Assembly (NCBI GenBank): GCA_021790305.1
Contig: JAJYED010000003.1
Span: 1 to 60,514, forward strand
Origin: Candidatus Micrarchaeota archaeon
GTDB taxonomy: Archaea; Micrarchaeota; Micrarchaeia; Micrarchaeales; CABMGC01
Direction: 5' to 3'
DNA length: 60,514 bases
Below the pieces are notes generated by a model that worked only from the letters and a program-made list of their open reading frames with translations, ran no database searches and was not told the DNA's origin. The position numbers and the translations under genes were made by a program. Below are positions 8,590-17,641 of the stretch, in pieces. Each line of letters begins with the position of its first letter. The stretch's first letter is position 1.

Positions 8590-9735
8590 TCATTCCTCGT
8601 TTATTATCTCATATATCTTATCTGCGAAGAAGCCCATGTTTCGCTCCTTCTTCTCAGGAGTAAGTATTCCTTCCTTGACAAGCATGTCAACTGCGCGTTT
8701 TGCAGTAGGGTATGTTGCATTTATAGCATCCCTCGCATCGGCTATTGTTATGTATGGATTCTTGAATAATTCATTGAGCACTATCCTTGACGATTCTGAG
8801 GATTTTGAAGTGCCCAGCTTCTTCATGCATGCCTCTCTGTATTCGGAGAGCTTTACAGCTGTTCTCACAGCCTTCTTGGCCTGGAAGTGCATGGCCTTAA
8901 GGAAGAACTTTATCCATGAGAGATAGTCGCCTGTCTTGCTCACATGCAGTATCGTGTCGTAGTATGATGCCCTGTCCTTCTCGAAGTACTCGCTCATGCA
9001 CAGGCTTGGAAGCGAGAGTAACTTGCTCTTCTGCAGGTATACGGATATGAGCACTCTTCCCGTCCTTCCGTTCGCACGTTCGAATGGCCTTATCGCCTCG
9101 AACTGGTAATGCATAAGAGCTATCTGGACTATCGGATGTATTGATTCATATTCTTGCATATAGTAAAGCGTGTTCTCCAGCAGCGGCATCACCCTCTCCG
9201 GCGGAGGGGGCACATATCTTGCTATTGTAGCAGGAGTATCGGGAGAGCCGAGCCAGTTCTGCCTGTTCCTTATTATAATATCCTTTTCATTTGTGCTGCC
9301 TATGAGGGCTTTGTGCGCCTCGAGTACTGTATTTGTGCTTATCTCACCGCGGCTTATGGCAGGTATGCAGCTCCTCAGAGCTTCTATATGGCCGAGGGCT
9401 TCCTTTGCGGCCTTTGGATCCTTTATAGAGCGTCTTCCCCGCTCATACCTGAAGATATTGTCCAGTGTCTCCCCGTTTCCATGCAGCTTTGCACTTTCAA
9501 GCGCCTCCTTTCTCGCCTGGAGCTCTGCAAATTCAGGGAATTCAGAGGATATCGCTTCGAGCTTCCCCAACTCGAAGCTTGTCTTTGCCAGAAGAGTTGT
9601 CGCCTCATCGTCAAATTTGATCTGTACAGGGAGCAGCCTCGGTACAAAGGCGTAGTAGTTGTTGTGTGCATTCTGTACGAATATGAGCTCTCCTGCCATA
9701 CCATTGAAATCACTGGGATTCACCACAGGCACCAA
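8590..9735 (-). CDS. Fic/DOC-family protein with degenerate active-site motif and C-terminal winged-helix domain
   Basis: IHPIVQIALMHYQFEAIRPFERANGRTGRVLI aligns to the Fic core HxFx(D/E)GNGRxxR with His replaced by Arg. The codon AGG at 9088-9090 was checked in the DNA. C-terminal wHTH-like ADARDAINATYPTAKRAVDMLVKEGIL. Start is uncertain: TTG 9735 or ATG 9699. Confidence 0.75.
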   Translation of the reverse strand: MVPVVNPSDFNGMAGELIFVQNAHNNYYAFVPRLLPVQIKFDDEATTLLAKTSFELGKLEAISSEFPEFAELQARKEALESAKLHGNGETLDNIFRYERGRRSIKDPKAAKEALGHIEALRSCIPAISRGEISTNTVLEAHKALIGSTNEKDIIIRNRQNWLGSPDTPATIARYVPPPPERVMPLLENTLYYMQEYESIHPIVQIALMHYQFEAIRPFERANGRTGRVLISVYLQKSKLLSLPSLCMSEYFEKDRASYYDTILHVSKTGDYLSWIKFFLKAMHFQAKKAVRTAVKLSEYREACMKKLGTSKSSESSRIVLNELFKNPYITIADARDAINATYPTAKRAVDMLVKEGILTPEKKERNMGFFADKIYEIINEE

Positions 9736-10423
9736 TCATTATATTAAAAGAATATATTTAAATCTTTACTAAATCAGTATTTATTACAATAATAATCAAT
9801 TATATAGTATTAGAATTAAATATAGATACGATAAACATATTATGATTGGTAATATGCAATTATTTATCAGCATGACTTATCTTTGTTCAATTATTCACAA
9901 TTATAATTAATATAGGATAATTATATTCATTTTTACCTTTTTTTATAGATTTTTTAATTAATATATAGCATATAAATTAAAGATAATCGCATAAGCAGTG
10001 TATTCTGATCGGCAAGAGCCGCGTCTAAATTATTTAAATATAATTAAAGAAACCATATTTATAATTAATATAAATTAATAATCAGCATTTAATTAATATT
10101 TTAGTATTTTATATTAAACTATATGCATATTAATTTAATACTATTATAACTGGTGGTCAGTACGAGGCAGAATGCAACATGAAGTTAATGGTAGGGGGCG
10201 ATTATAATAAATATATTAAACATATTAAATACTTTACTAATATTATTCAATATAATGCATTTTTTAATTGATATAATTGGTGGCTAATTATTATATTAAA
10301 TAATTAATTATTATATTTAATATGATTTAGAATTTGATTTATAGAGCTTATATATACTGTTATAAAAGATGCTCACACGTCTGACAGGATGTAGAATCAG
10401 AATACTGTTAATTTCGTATACAT
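9736..10423. other. 688-bp extremely AT-rich non-coding tract with short repeated motifs
   Basis: No ORF of 60 aa or more. Exact 10-mer TAATTAATAT at 9904, 9955, 10062 and 10090. Multiple ATATTAAA copies. Two related TATAAyTGGTGGyyA motifs at 10145 and 10272. Two small GC-richer islands at about 9990-10025 and 10150-10200. Confidence 0.6.
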
Positions 10424-13400
10424 TTATTTTCTATGTCTGAAGTACAGGAATAATGCAACCGCTATTATGATTATTACAATTATCAGGATATCCAATATCA
10501 TTCCAGTATTTGTTGGTACAGAAGTTACAGGTACTGTTGTTGAAGTTTGAATAGTAGTGGTGGCAGTTGTTGTTATAGTAGAGGTAACGTTGGTGTTAAG
10601 CAGCGCTATCACAGGATCCGAAGGAACTGCGAATTCAACTGTGCAGGCAGCAACATTCAACGTGAATGGAGTTATCTCCTGCCAAGTGCCGTTCCTCAAT
10701 ATGAATGGAGCTACATCTGAGTTTGGTATGCTGCATGAATAATGCAGTATCATATCTGCAGATACATTTGTGTTGTTTACAGTGTAGTTAAGCGCAGTTA
10801 TTACAGATTTGTTAAGTTTTTTTGATTGCAGTGTTGAATTGGTTACGTTTAGACTGAAGCAGCCTGATTCTGGTGCAATCTTTATGGTTGCGTTCAGTGA
10901 AGTATAGTTTATCGTGTATCCTGAAGTGTCATTGCATATCTTTGTAATCCCAGGGGAAGCGATTATTGGAGTTATTGTCGTTAATGGCATTACTGTTGAT
11001 GTTGAAGATGAAGAGATTGTTGAGGTTGTGCTGCTGGTAAGTGTTGAGTTCGGTCCGAAGTATCCTGTAGGTCCTCCTGCGTATGGATTACTTATCTGAG
11101 GAGCTGAAGATTTTAGTGTTACTTCACTGTTTATACTGTTAACTGTTACAGGAGTAGAAGCCGAATCTGTAATTAATACGCAGTAGTATGTTGTTGCAGT
11201 AGGAGTTACAGGGTTGAATGCGGTGCTCCCAGTAGTTAATGAGGATATTGTCTGGACAAGAGTACTCCCACCATTACAGGTTGAGGTTGTTGAGGAGTAT
11301 AACTTTGCAGTATAATCAGTCGTTCCTCCTGTCCATGTGGAACTGAAGGTTACTGACTGGCCATTATTTATTTTAGTGTTTGAAGGGCTGATTGTTGGAG
11401 TGGATAGATCAGGATTAATAATCGGCTCGGAATCTATGCTGTTTGTTATTGAGATTCCCAAGTTTAGTTTTACTACGTTGTTGCTGCCGTAGTTTGTTAC
11501 ATAGGCATATGTACCTGAAGGGGAGAAGGTTACTCCTGATGGATTGTTGAAGCCCGAGGTTATGGAGCCTGTTACGGTGTTGGTTGCGGTATTGATTATT
11601 ACTACATTGTTGCTGTTAAAGTTTGCAACGTAGGCATATGTGCCTGAAGGGGAGAAGGATACTCCTTCTGGGTAGCTGAAGCCTGAGGTTATGGAGTTTA
11701 CTACTGTGTTTGTTGCTGTATTGATTATTACTACGTTGTCTGGATCGCTTCCTTCACAGCTTGAATTGCAATTTGTCACGTAGGCATATGTACCTGAAGG
11801 GGAGAAGGATACTCCTGATGGTTCGCTGAAGCCTGAGGTTATGGAGTTTACTACTGTGTTGGTTGCTGTGTTTACTATTACTACATTTTCGCTGCCGGCA
11901 TTTGTCACGTAGGCATATGTACCTGAAGGGGAGAAGGATACTCCTGATGGTTCGCTGAAGCCTGAGGTTATGGAGTTTACTACTGTGTTGGATGCTGTAT
12001 TGATTATTACTACATTGTTGGCGTTGCCGTTAAAGTTTGCCACATAGGCATATGCACCTGAAGGGGAGAAGGCTACTCCTTCTGGTTCAGCGATGCCTGA
12101 TGAGATGTAACGTGATATGCTATTAGTATCAAAATTAATTACAGATATATTAGCATTAGTTGATTGAAATGGCCCATAAAAGTTTGCTACATAGGCGTAT
12201 GTACCTGAAGGGGAGAAGGCTACAGCGTACGGGCGATTCCCTGTAACTACTGAATTTGATATACTGTATGAATATAGTGTATTATCTACAACAAAGATAC
12301 AGTAATAAGTACCTGAATTAGTAGCTACTGGGGAAAAGGTAACTGAATTTGATGGGAGGTTTATATCCTGCTGGACAAGCGAACTTTGCTGGTTGCATGT
12401 AGATGTTGGTGAAGAGTAAAGTGATGCAGTGTAGTCAGGAGTTCCTCCTGACCATGTAGAACTGAATGTTATTGATTGTCCGTTGTCTATTGTTGGATTT
12501 GAAGGAGTTATTGTTGGAGCAGATAAATCCGGATTTACTGTTACTATATCATTTGCAGAACAGAGTGAGACTGGATTAGTTGCACTGTCCGTAACCTGAT
12601 AGGCATAACTGTTTGTTGAGGTTGGACTTGTTGTATATGTAGATGAAGTTGCACCTGATATTACGTTTGCAGATGTGCAGGTTACTCCTCCTGTTCCTGA
12701 TATTGTATACCATTTATAACTATATGGCGTGGTACCACCTGATGGGTTTGCCATTAGTGTTGTTGGTTTTCCAGCATCCACTGCAGGATTGGATGGAGTT
12801 ATTGGATTTGCAGACAGAGCAGGGTTGACTACTATTGATACGTATATGAGGTTTGTAGTTTCTGCGCCTATTCCTGGACTTATTATTGTTACATTGCCGC
12901 TATTAGAGTTTGCTATGTAGGCGTATGTGCCTGAAGGGGAGAAGGCTACTCCTAATGGTTCGCTGAAGCCTGAGGTTATGGAAGCTGTTACGGTATTTGA
13001 TGCTGTGTTTATTATTACTACGTTGTCTGGGATACTGGCTCCACAAGAAGAATTGCAGACTGCCACATAGGCATATGTGCCTGAAGGTGAGAAGGCTACT
13101 CCTTCTGGTGAAGCGAAGCCTGAGGTTATGGAGCCTGTTACGGTGTTGGTTGCGGTATTGATTATTACTACATTGTTGCTGTTAAAGTTTGCAACGTAGG
13201 CATATGTGCCTGAAGGGGAGAAGGATACTCCTTCTGGAAAGTTTATGCCTGAAGTTATGGAGTTTACTACTGTATTGGTTGCAGTGTTTATTATTACTAC
13301 GTTGTTGCTGTTACTGTTTGCCACATAGGCATATGTGCCTGAAGGTGAGAAGGCTACTCCTTCTGGGTTTTGGAAGCCTGAGGTTATGGAGTTTACTACT

Positions 13401-14092
13401 GTATTGGTTGCGGTGTTTATTATTACTACATTGTCTGGAATACCGGCGCTGCATGATGAATTACAATTTGTTACATAAGCATATGTGCCTGAAGGGGAGA
13501 AGGATACTCCTTCTGGAAAGTTTATGCCTGAAGTTATGGAGTTTACTACTGTATTGGTTGCTGTGTTTATTATTACTACATTGTCGGCATATTTATTTGT
13601 TGCATAGGCATATGTGCCTGAAGGGGAGAAGGCTACTCCTGCTGGTAAGCTGAAGCCAGAGTTTATGGAGTTTTCAGTATAATTAAGGGAGAGTTGTGTG
13701 ACTGGTGGAGATTCTGAGTCTGTTATACCAAGGCAGTAGCTGTTTGTTGTTGTTGGACTTACTGTTATTGAATTTGATGTTGTTGGCAGTCCGTTGTAGG
13801 TTGCAAGGACATTTGCTGCTTCCTGAGGGCAGGTTGTGCCGTATGGCCCGGTATACCAGACTGCATTATAAGGTGCAGTCCCGCCTGACCATGTACCTGT
13901 AATAGTAATGGACTGACCATTGTCTATTGTTGGAGTTACGGGATTTATTGAAGAGATAGACAGAGGGGATGGAGGTAAGGCATATGCATTTGCAATTGCA
14001 AATGTCAGTATTATTAAAGCAAATGCTATAGGTAAGGGTTTTTTAAGAATAGATTTTGGTGGTGTAATATTGCTCAAGATTGCATTATACAT
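10424..14092 (-). CDS. Giant cell-surface protein: signal peptide, two six-bladed YVTN-type beta-propellers, Ig/PKD-like modules, conserved C-terminal domain, C-terminal TM anchor
   Basis: Signal peptide KKPLPIAFALIILTFAIANAYA. Twelve blades of 42-43 aa with consensus GVAFSPSGTYAYV(T/A)N..NVVIINTATNTV..SITSGF. GGT.PY.Y.WY Ig-like modules. S/T linker. C-terminal ILDILIIVIIIIAVALFLYFRHRK. Confidence 0.85.
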   Translation of the reverse strand: MYNAILSNITPPKSILKKPLPIAFALIILTFAIANAYALPPSPLSISSINPVTPTIDNGQSITITGTWSGGTAPYNAVWYTGPYGTTCPQEAANVLATYNGLPTTSNSITVSPTTTNSYCLGITDSESPPVTQLSLNYTENSINSGFSLPAGVAFSPSGTYAYATNKYADNVVIINTATNTVVNSITSGINFPEGVSFSPSGTYAYVTNCNSSCSAGIPDNVVIINTATNTVVNSITSGFQNPEGVAFSPSGTYAYVANSNSNNVVIINTATNTVVNSITSGINFPEGVSFSPSGTYAYVANFNSNNVVIINTATNTVTGSITSGFASPEGVAFSPSGTYAYVAVCNSSCGASIPDNVVIINTASNTVTASITSGFSEPLGVAFSPSGTYAYIANSNSGNVTIISPGIGAETTNLIYVSIVVNPALSANPITPSNPAVDAGKPTTLMANPSGGTTPYSYKWYTISGTGGVTCTSANVISGATSSTYTTSPTSTNSYAYQVTDSATNPVSLCSANDIVTVNPDLSAPTITPSNPTIDNGQSITFSSTWSGGTPDYTASLYSSPTSTCNQQSSLVQQDINLPSNSVTFSPVATNSGTYYCIFVVDNTLYSYSISNSVVTGNRPYAVAFSPSGTYAYVANFYGPFQSTNANISVINFDTNSISRYISSGIAEPEGVAFSPSGAYAYVANFNGNANNVVIINTASNTVVNSITSGFSEPSGVSFSPSGTYAYVTNAGSENVVIVNTATNTVVNSITSGFSEPSGVSFSPSGTYAYVTNCNSSCEGSDPDNVVIINTATNTVVNSITSGFSYPEGVSFSPSGTYAYVANFNSNNVVIINTATNTVTGSITSGFNNPSGVTFSPSGTYAYVTNYGSNNVVKLNLGISITNSIDSEPIINPDLSTPTISPSNTKINNGQSVTFSSTWTGGTTDYTAKLYSSTTSTCNGGSTLVQTISSLTTGSTAFNPVTPTATTYYCVLITDSASTPVTVNSINSEVTLKSSAPQISNPYAGGPTGYFGPNSTLTSSTTSTISSSSTSTVMPLTTITPIIASPGITKICNDTSGYTINYTSLNATIKIAPESGCFSLNVTNSTLQSKKLNKSVITALNYTVNNTNVSADMILHYSCSIPNSDVAPFILRNGTWQEITPFTLNVAACTVEFAVPSDPVIALLNTNVTSTITTTATTTIQTSTTVPVTSVPTNTGMILDILIIVIIIIAVALFLYFRHRK
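11459..12259 (-). repeat. Blade-coding tandem repeats (propeller 2 of the 10424-14092 gene)
   Basis: Six consecutive blade units with the same conserved DNA core as propeller 1. Confidence 0.8.
12875..13675 (-). repeat. Blade-coding tandem repeats (propeller 1 of the 10424-14092 gene)
   Basis: Six consecutive units of about 126-140 bp sharing long identical DNA stretches such as gcatatgtgcctgaaggggagaagg. Confidence 0.8.
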
Positions 14093-14163
14093 TATATCAT
14101 AAATATCGTAATAATATAATTATAATAATATATTAGTACACAGGTGTCTGATTGCGTATTAGA

Positions 14164-16551
14164 TTATGCAATGCCCGTATTTATGCTTATGTTAAGTTCT
14201 GTTGTCTCCCCTGCCGATATGTTTACCGATCTCGGGATTATTCGTGTGCATCCTATGTAATGGCAGTTCAGCATGCTTACCGAGTAAGAGCCTGCATCTA
14301 CCTGTTCTGAGTATGTGCCATTTGCGCTTATCGGTATTGTGTAATTGTATACATTGTTCATTGACGTGAGTTCCAGTTTGAGGCTTGAATAGAGTGTGTT
14401 AAGGTCTATGCTACCTATGCAAGTGTTGTTAATCGATTGGACGGGACATAATGGGCCTATAGATACGTGTCCCTGAATCATACCTAAGCCGGTCTGATTT
14501 TGTGGCATAGTAGTTACAGTAGTAATTGTAGAGTTCCCTGTATTATTGCTGCTGTTCTGCTGCTCTGTCGTATTATGTAATACTGAATATACTGTCTTTA
14601 TTGATAGTGGCCCGTAATACTGATAATCCGGAGATTTTATGGTGAGAACTGCGGCTCTTATCTTCTGACCTGCTATACATACAAAGCAATGTATACTGCC
14701 TGAAGAGCAGACAGGACATTTGCCAGGAATATATTCCATTATATATGTTGTACCTAGAAGCGTAAAGCCAGGAGTAAGTATGCTTATGTTCTTCAGTGTG
14801 TACCCAGAATAATAATTATCGTATGATCCTGAGAGTAACGGCAAGGTATAGTTCGCAGTTCCGTTTATCGTTGATGTGAAACCCTGTAGAGAGACATTGT
14901 ATGAGAGATTTCCTGCTAAAACCTGCTCGTTCACTATGCTCACTCCGACAAGCTTTGAAGTGTAATTGCTTATGCTGCCTTGATCGGAAGCAGTGTAATT
15001 AGCGTTTGCAATCCCTGAATGTTGCTGCCCTATTCCAATTACTTTTATACTGTAATTCTGGCCAGGTATGAGAAGTATCTTTGTTACACCTCTGAAGAAT
15101 GGCAGCGAGTCTGTTGCATGTGGCAGCATACCTATCCCGAGAGTGCTGTTGAAGTGCAGATCTGCTGAAGCTCCTGGCTTAACTGACAGACCCGTAAAGC
15201 TTCTGCAACCTATGAATGCACCAATCCCATTATCATGAGAGACTTCGCAGTTTGGCACATAATTGAATATAGGGAGTGAAAGTGTCCCGTTGTTAAGTAC
15301 GATGAAGTTAAGGTAATTGTTGAACTTGTTGACGAACGAACCTGCTGCACTTGTCTCAAGTTCACTCTGGTTCTTTGATTCCGAGTTTGCAGATATGGAT
15401 ACCGTACTCCTGCTTATGCACATTATCCCTACACATGCATTTACCGAACCTCCTTCATTTGAATTGGCATTTATTGTTGGTGAATAGCCCTGATAGCCAA
15501 GCCTCACCTCTTCCATGAAGCCATTAAGCTGCATGTTTGTCAGATTGACGGTTGTGTTGCCGGTGTTCTTTACCCCTATCGACATCATTGTTGAGTTGCC
15601 AGATGAGATCAATGTAGCATTTGTTATCATTATGCTACTGTTTGACCTTATTCTGCGGATTATGCCAGGATTTATCCTCTCGACATAACCTATGCTCCTG
15701 GCACTTGCCGCCTCGGATCTGCCTATGAATATCGCTTTGACATTTGGAACCATCACGAATATGCTCTCATTGTTCTGCGAGTATATCCTGACTATTGTAG
15801 GATTCATGTTTATCAGAGCACCGCCTATCGAGGAGTTGGAACTTGAATTTAGCTGTGCTTCCACATAGCCCTGAGGTACATTAACGTTGTAGGTAGTATT
15901 ATCTATAGTTATATTTGCAGAGGTTATGTTGAGTCTTAGATCCTTTATCTTACTGTAGTTCTTCACGTTTAGGATGGCTATCGTCTTTGTAACATTGGTC
16001 AGGTTGAGAAGGTCGGATGTGCCACTGGTATTGAAGTACTCAAATGTTGACGAATTTGCATAGAACAGACCTACTGATGAGTATCTTATCATTAGTGATG
16101 ACGTTCCGGGCGGTACAAGAGGCGGATCCGTAAGCTGCACTACGAAGTTGCCCTGTGCTGAGGAGTTCGAGTACTGTGAATTGAATGAAGGAGGAACAGT
16201 GGAGTAGTTTGCTCCGGGATAAACTGGCGCCCTGCTATTGAATAGGAATATGCCGATAACCGCTATCGCGATTATTGCAAGTATTCCTACTGCGAAAGCC
16301 CTTACCTTTGCGACATTGTAACCGCTGTCCTCAAGGCGCTTTTCGAATCCCTTGTTATATTCGTAGTACTTCCACTTCCTGCTGTAAGGGTTCTCTATCT
16401 CTTTTATAGCGCCTATCCTTAGCAGCTCTTTTATGTGCTGATTTGTAGTAGACTGGCCCAGATCCAGCTTTTCAGATATCTGGGTCATTGTCATAGGCTT
16501 CTCTTTCACCAGTTCTATTATCTTCTTCTTGCTTTCAAAGAGTTTGCTCAT
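14164..16551 (-). CDS. Membrane-tethered ArsR-type winged-helix regulator with a large (about 680 aa) extracellular, sequon-rich domain
   Basis: N-terminal IIELVKEKPMTMTQISEKLDLGQSTTNQHIKELLRIGAIKEI (ArsR-like HTH). Single TM VRAFAVGILAIIAIAVIGIFLF. Long Asn/Ser/Thr-rich ectodomain. Start taken at ATG 16551 (MSKLFESKKK). Confidence 0.65.
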   Translation of the reverse strand: MSKLFESKKKIIELVKEKPMTMTQISEKLDLGQSTTNQHIKELLRIGAIKEIENPYSRKWKYYEYNKGFEKRLEDSGYNVAKVRAFAVGILAIIAIAVIGIFLFNSRAPVYPGANYSTVPPSFNSQYSNSSAQGNFVVQLTDPPLVPPGTSSLMIRYSSVGLFYANSSTFEYFNTSGTSDLLNLTNVTKTIAILNVKNYSKIKDLRLNITSANITIDNTTYNVNVPQGYVEAQLNSSSNSSIGGALINMNPTIVRIYSQNNESIFVMVPNVKAIFIGRSEAASARSIGYVERINPGIIRRIRSNSSIMITNATLISSGNSTMMSIGVKNTGNTTVNLTNMQLNGFMEEVRLGYQGYSPTINANSNEGGSVNACVGIMCISRSTVSISANSESKNQSELETSAAGSFVNKFNNYLNFIVLNNGTLSLPIFNYVPNCEVSHDNGIGAFIGCRSFTGLSVKPGASADLHFNSTLGIGMLPHATDSLPFFRGVTKILLIPGQNYSIKVIGIGQQHSGIANANYTASDQGSISNYTSKLVGVSIVNEQVLAGNLSYNVSLQGFTSTINGTANYTLPLLSGSYDNYYSGYTLKNISILTPGFTLLGTTYIMEYIPGKCPVCSSGSIHCFVCIAGQKIRAAVLTIKSPDYQYYGPLSIKTVYSVLHNTTEQQNSSNNTGNSTITTVTTMPQNQTGLGMIQGHVSIGPLCPVQSINNTCIGSIDLNTLYSSLKLELTSMNNVYNYTIPISANGTYSEQVDAGSYSVSMLNCHYIGCTRIIPRSVNISAGETTELNISINTGIA

Positions 16552-16679
16552 GCAATAACACAGTAATAGCATATGCAATAAGGATTAATAAACCTGAATA
16601 ATTGCATCGGTTTTGTTTCGGTTTTCCCTCAGCATATGTAAAAACCGAAGCTTTGCAAAGGATACAGGAGTTATGATGT

Positions 16680-17429
16680 TTATTTTCCACCGTGCTTTTC
16701 CGTAACCTCTTTGTATGAATCGTGCGTGCCTATGTCATACCAGAAATCGTCGTACACTACAGCATGCACATCGTTCTTGTTCTTCACAAGCCATTGCATG
16801 AAGTATCCTGGAGAGTCAGGATTGTTCTTGTTTGCTATATACTCATCGAACTTCTTCAAGTGCTCTTTTGGTATTGCATATATGCATGTGCTTATCAGCG
16901 TGGATTTAGGATTCTCCGGTTTTTCCTCAAATTCCTTGATTATGCTTCCTTCAAGGCTTACGACCCCGAAGCGTTTTGCCTCATCTAGGCTCTTTATGTT
17001 GTGCAGTGCGGTTACTATCTTCCTGTCGCTCTTTGACTTTGTCATGAGTTTTGAAAGGTCAAAATTGTGGAAGTTGTCTCCTGCCACTATCAGGAGGTCA
17101 GAGTTCAGCCCGAGCGTCTTTATTGTATAGTCTATGCCTTTTACTGCTCCGAACTTTTCACCCTCGTGCATTGTAGGTTCAACAACGAGCTCTATGTGCA
17201 CGTTCTTTACGGCCTTTCTGTGTGCTATCCAGTATCTGAACTGCTTCTCGAACTTCTTGTTTGTAGAGACTATTATTCTGTCGAAATTGTTAGGGATGAG
17301 GCCGTCGAGTATATAGTCTATCATCAGTTTGTCCCCTATAGGGAGTAAAGGTTTTGGTATGTAGGTGGTTATTGGTTCCAGCCTCTTTGCATAGCCACCG
17401 CAAAGTATCAACGCATCTATGATAAACAC
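16680..17429 (-). CDS. Sugar-1-phosphate nucleotidyltransferase
   Basis: N-terminal ALILCGGYAKRLEPITTYIPKPLLPIG is the nucleotidyltransferase G-x-G-x-R-L loop. GTG start. Confidence 0.75.
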   Translation of the reverse strand: MFIIDALILCGGYAKRLEPITTYIPKPLLPIGDKLMIDYILDGLIPNNFDRIIVSTNKKFEKQFRYWIAHRKAVKNVHIELVVEPTMHEGEKFGAVKGIDYTIKTLGLNSDLLIVAGDNFHNFDLSKLMTKSKSDRKIVTALHNIKSLDEAKRFGVVSLEGSIIKEFEEKPENPKSTLISTCIYAIPKEHLKKFDEYIANKNNPDSPGYFMQWLVKNKNDVHAVVYDDFWYDIGTHDSYKEVTEKHGGK

Positions 17430-17641
17430 CGATAAATTGTATGTTGCTTAATTACTTTAAGAAGCATTAAGTGAATCTAAGATTCTATAGCTTCATATTT
17501 AAACCTTGCTGAACCCTTTTTAAACCACTGTCTTATGTGTGCTTTGCGATACGCTTATTCTGCTGTTATTACTGATACGTTTTTAAATGAGGACGATTGT
17601 TGTGATGATGTGATAAAACGGCAAAGGTTACTGTAAAGAGA

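Noticed and set aside
8501-8593. N-terminal 31-aa extension of DNA ligase (ORF-track start 8593).
   Set aside because: The extension (MSAHLYRKCCPYALSLLRNYINMRTDCILVE) is not ligase-like and would overlap the Fic stop. It also contains a TATA-like element positioned correctly for the internal ATG at 8500.
13189-13653. 154-aa Leu/Cys-rich plus-strand ORF. Similar ORFs occur at 59747-59932 and 60074-60337.
   Set aside because: These are antisense shadows of the blade repeats. Their low-complexity repetitive LLLL/CLK sequence simply mirrors the minus-strand repeat, with no independent coding signal.
11459-13675. Regular ~126-140-bp periodic DNA repeats that could be mistaken for a CRISPR array or satellite. 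The same applies to 58140-60360.
   Set aside because: The units are contiguous with no unique spacers. They lie in frame inside long ORFs and translate to YVTN propeller blades. They are coding repeats, not CRISPR.
10424-14092. Possibility that the variable adhesin genes are targets of a diversity-generating retroelement.
   Set aside because: No reverse transcriptase gene lies in the window. The mismatches between the homologous segments of the two paralogs are not adenine-specific, and no template/variable repeat pair was evident.
16617-16649. 9-bp stem hairpin (ttcggtttt / aaaaccgaa, 15-nt loop) between the nucleotidyltransferase and the HTH-TM gene.
   Set aside because: It is AU-rich and weak, with a large loop and no following T-tract on the minus strand. 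I cannot distinguish it from chance in AT-rich spacer.
17535-17636. 33-codon ORF (MCALRYAYSAVITDTFLNEDDCCDDVIKRQRLL) in the 212-bp spacer upstream of the GDPD-like gene.
   Set aside because: It has no recognisable family, no obvious promoter or SD context, and is short enough to arise by chance.
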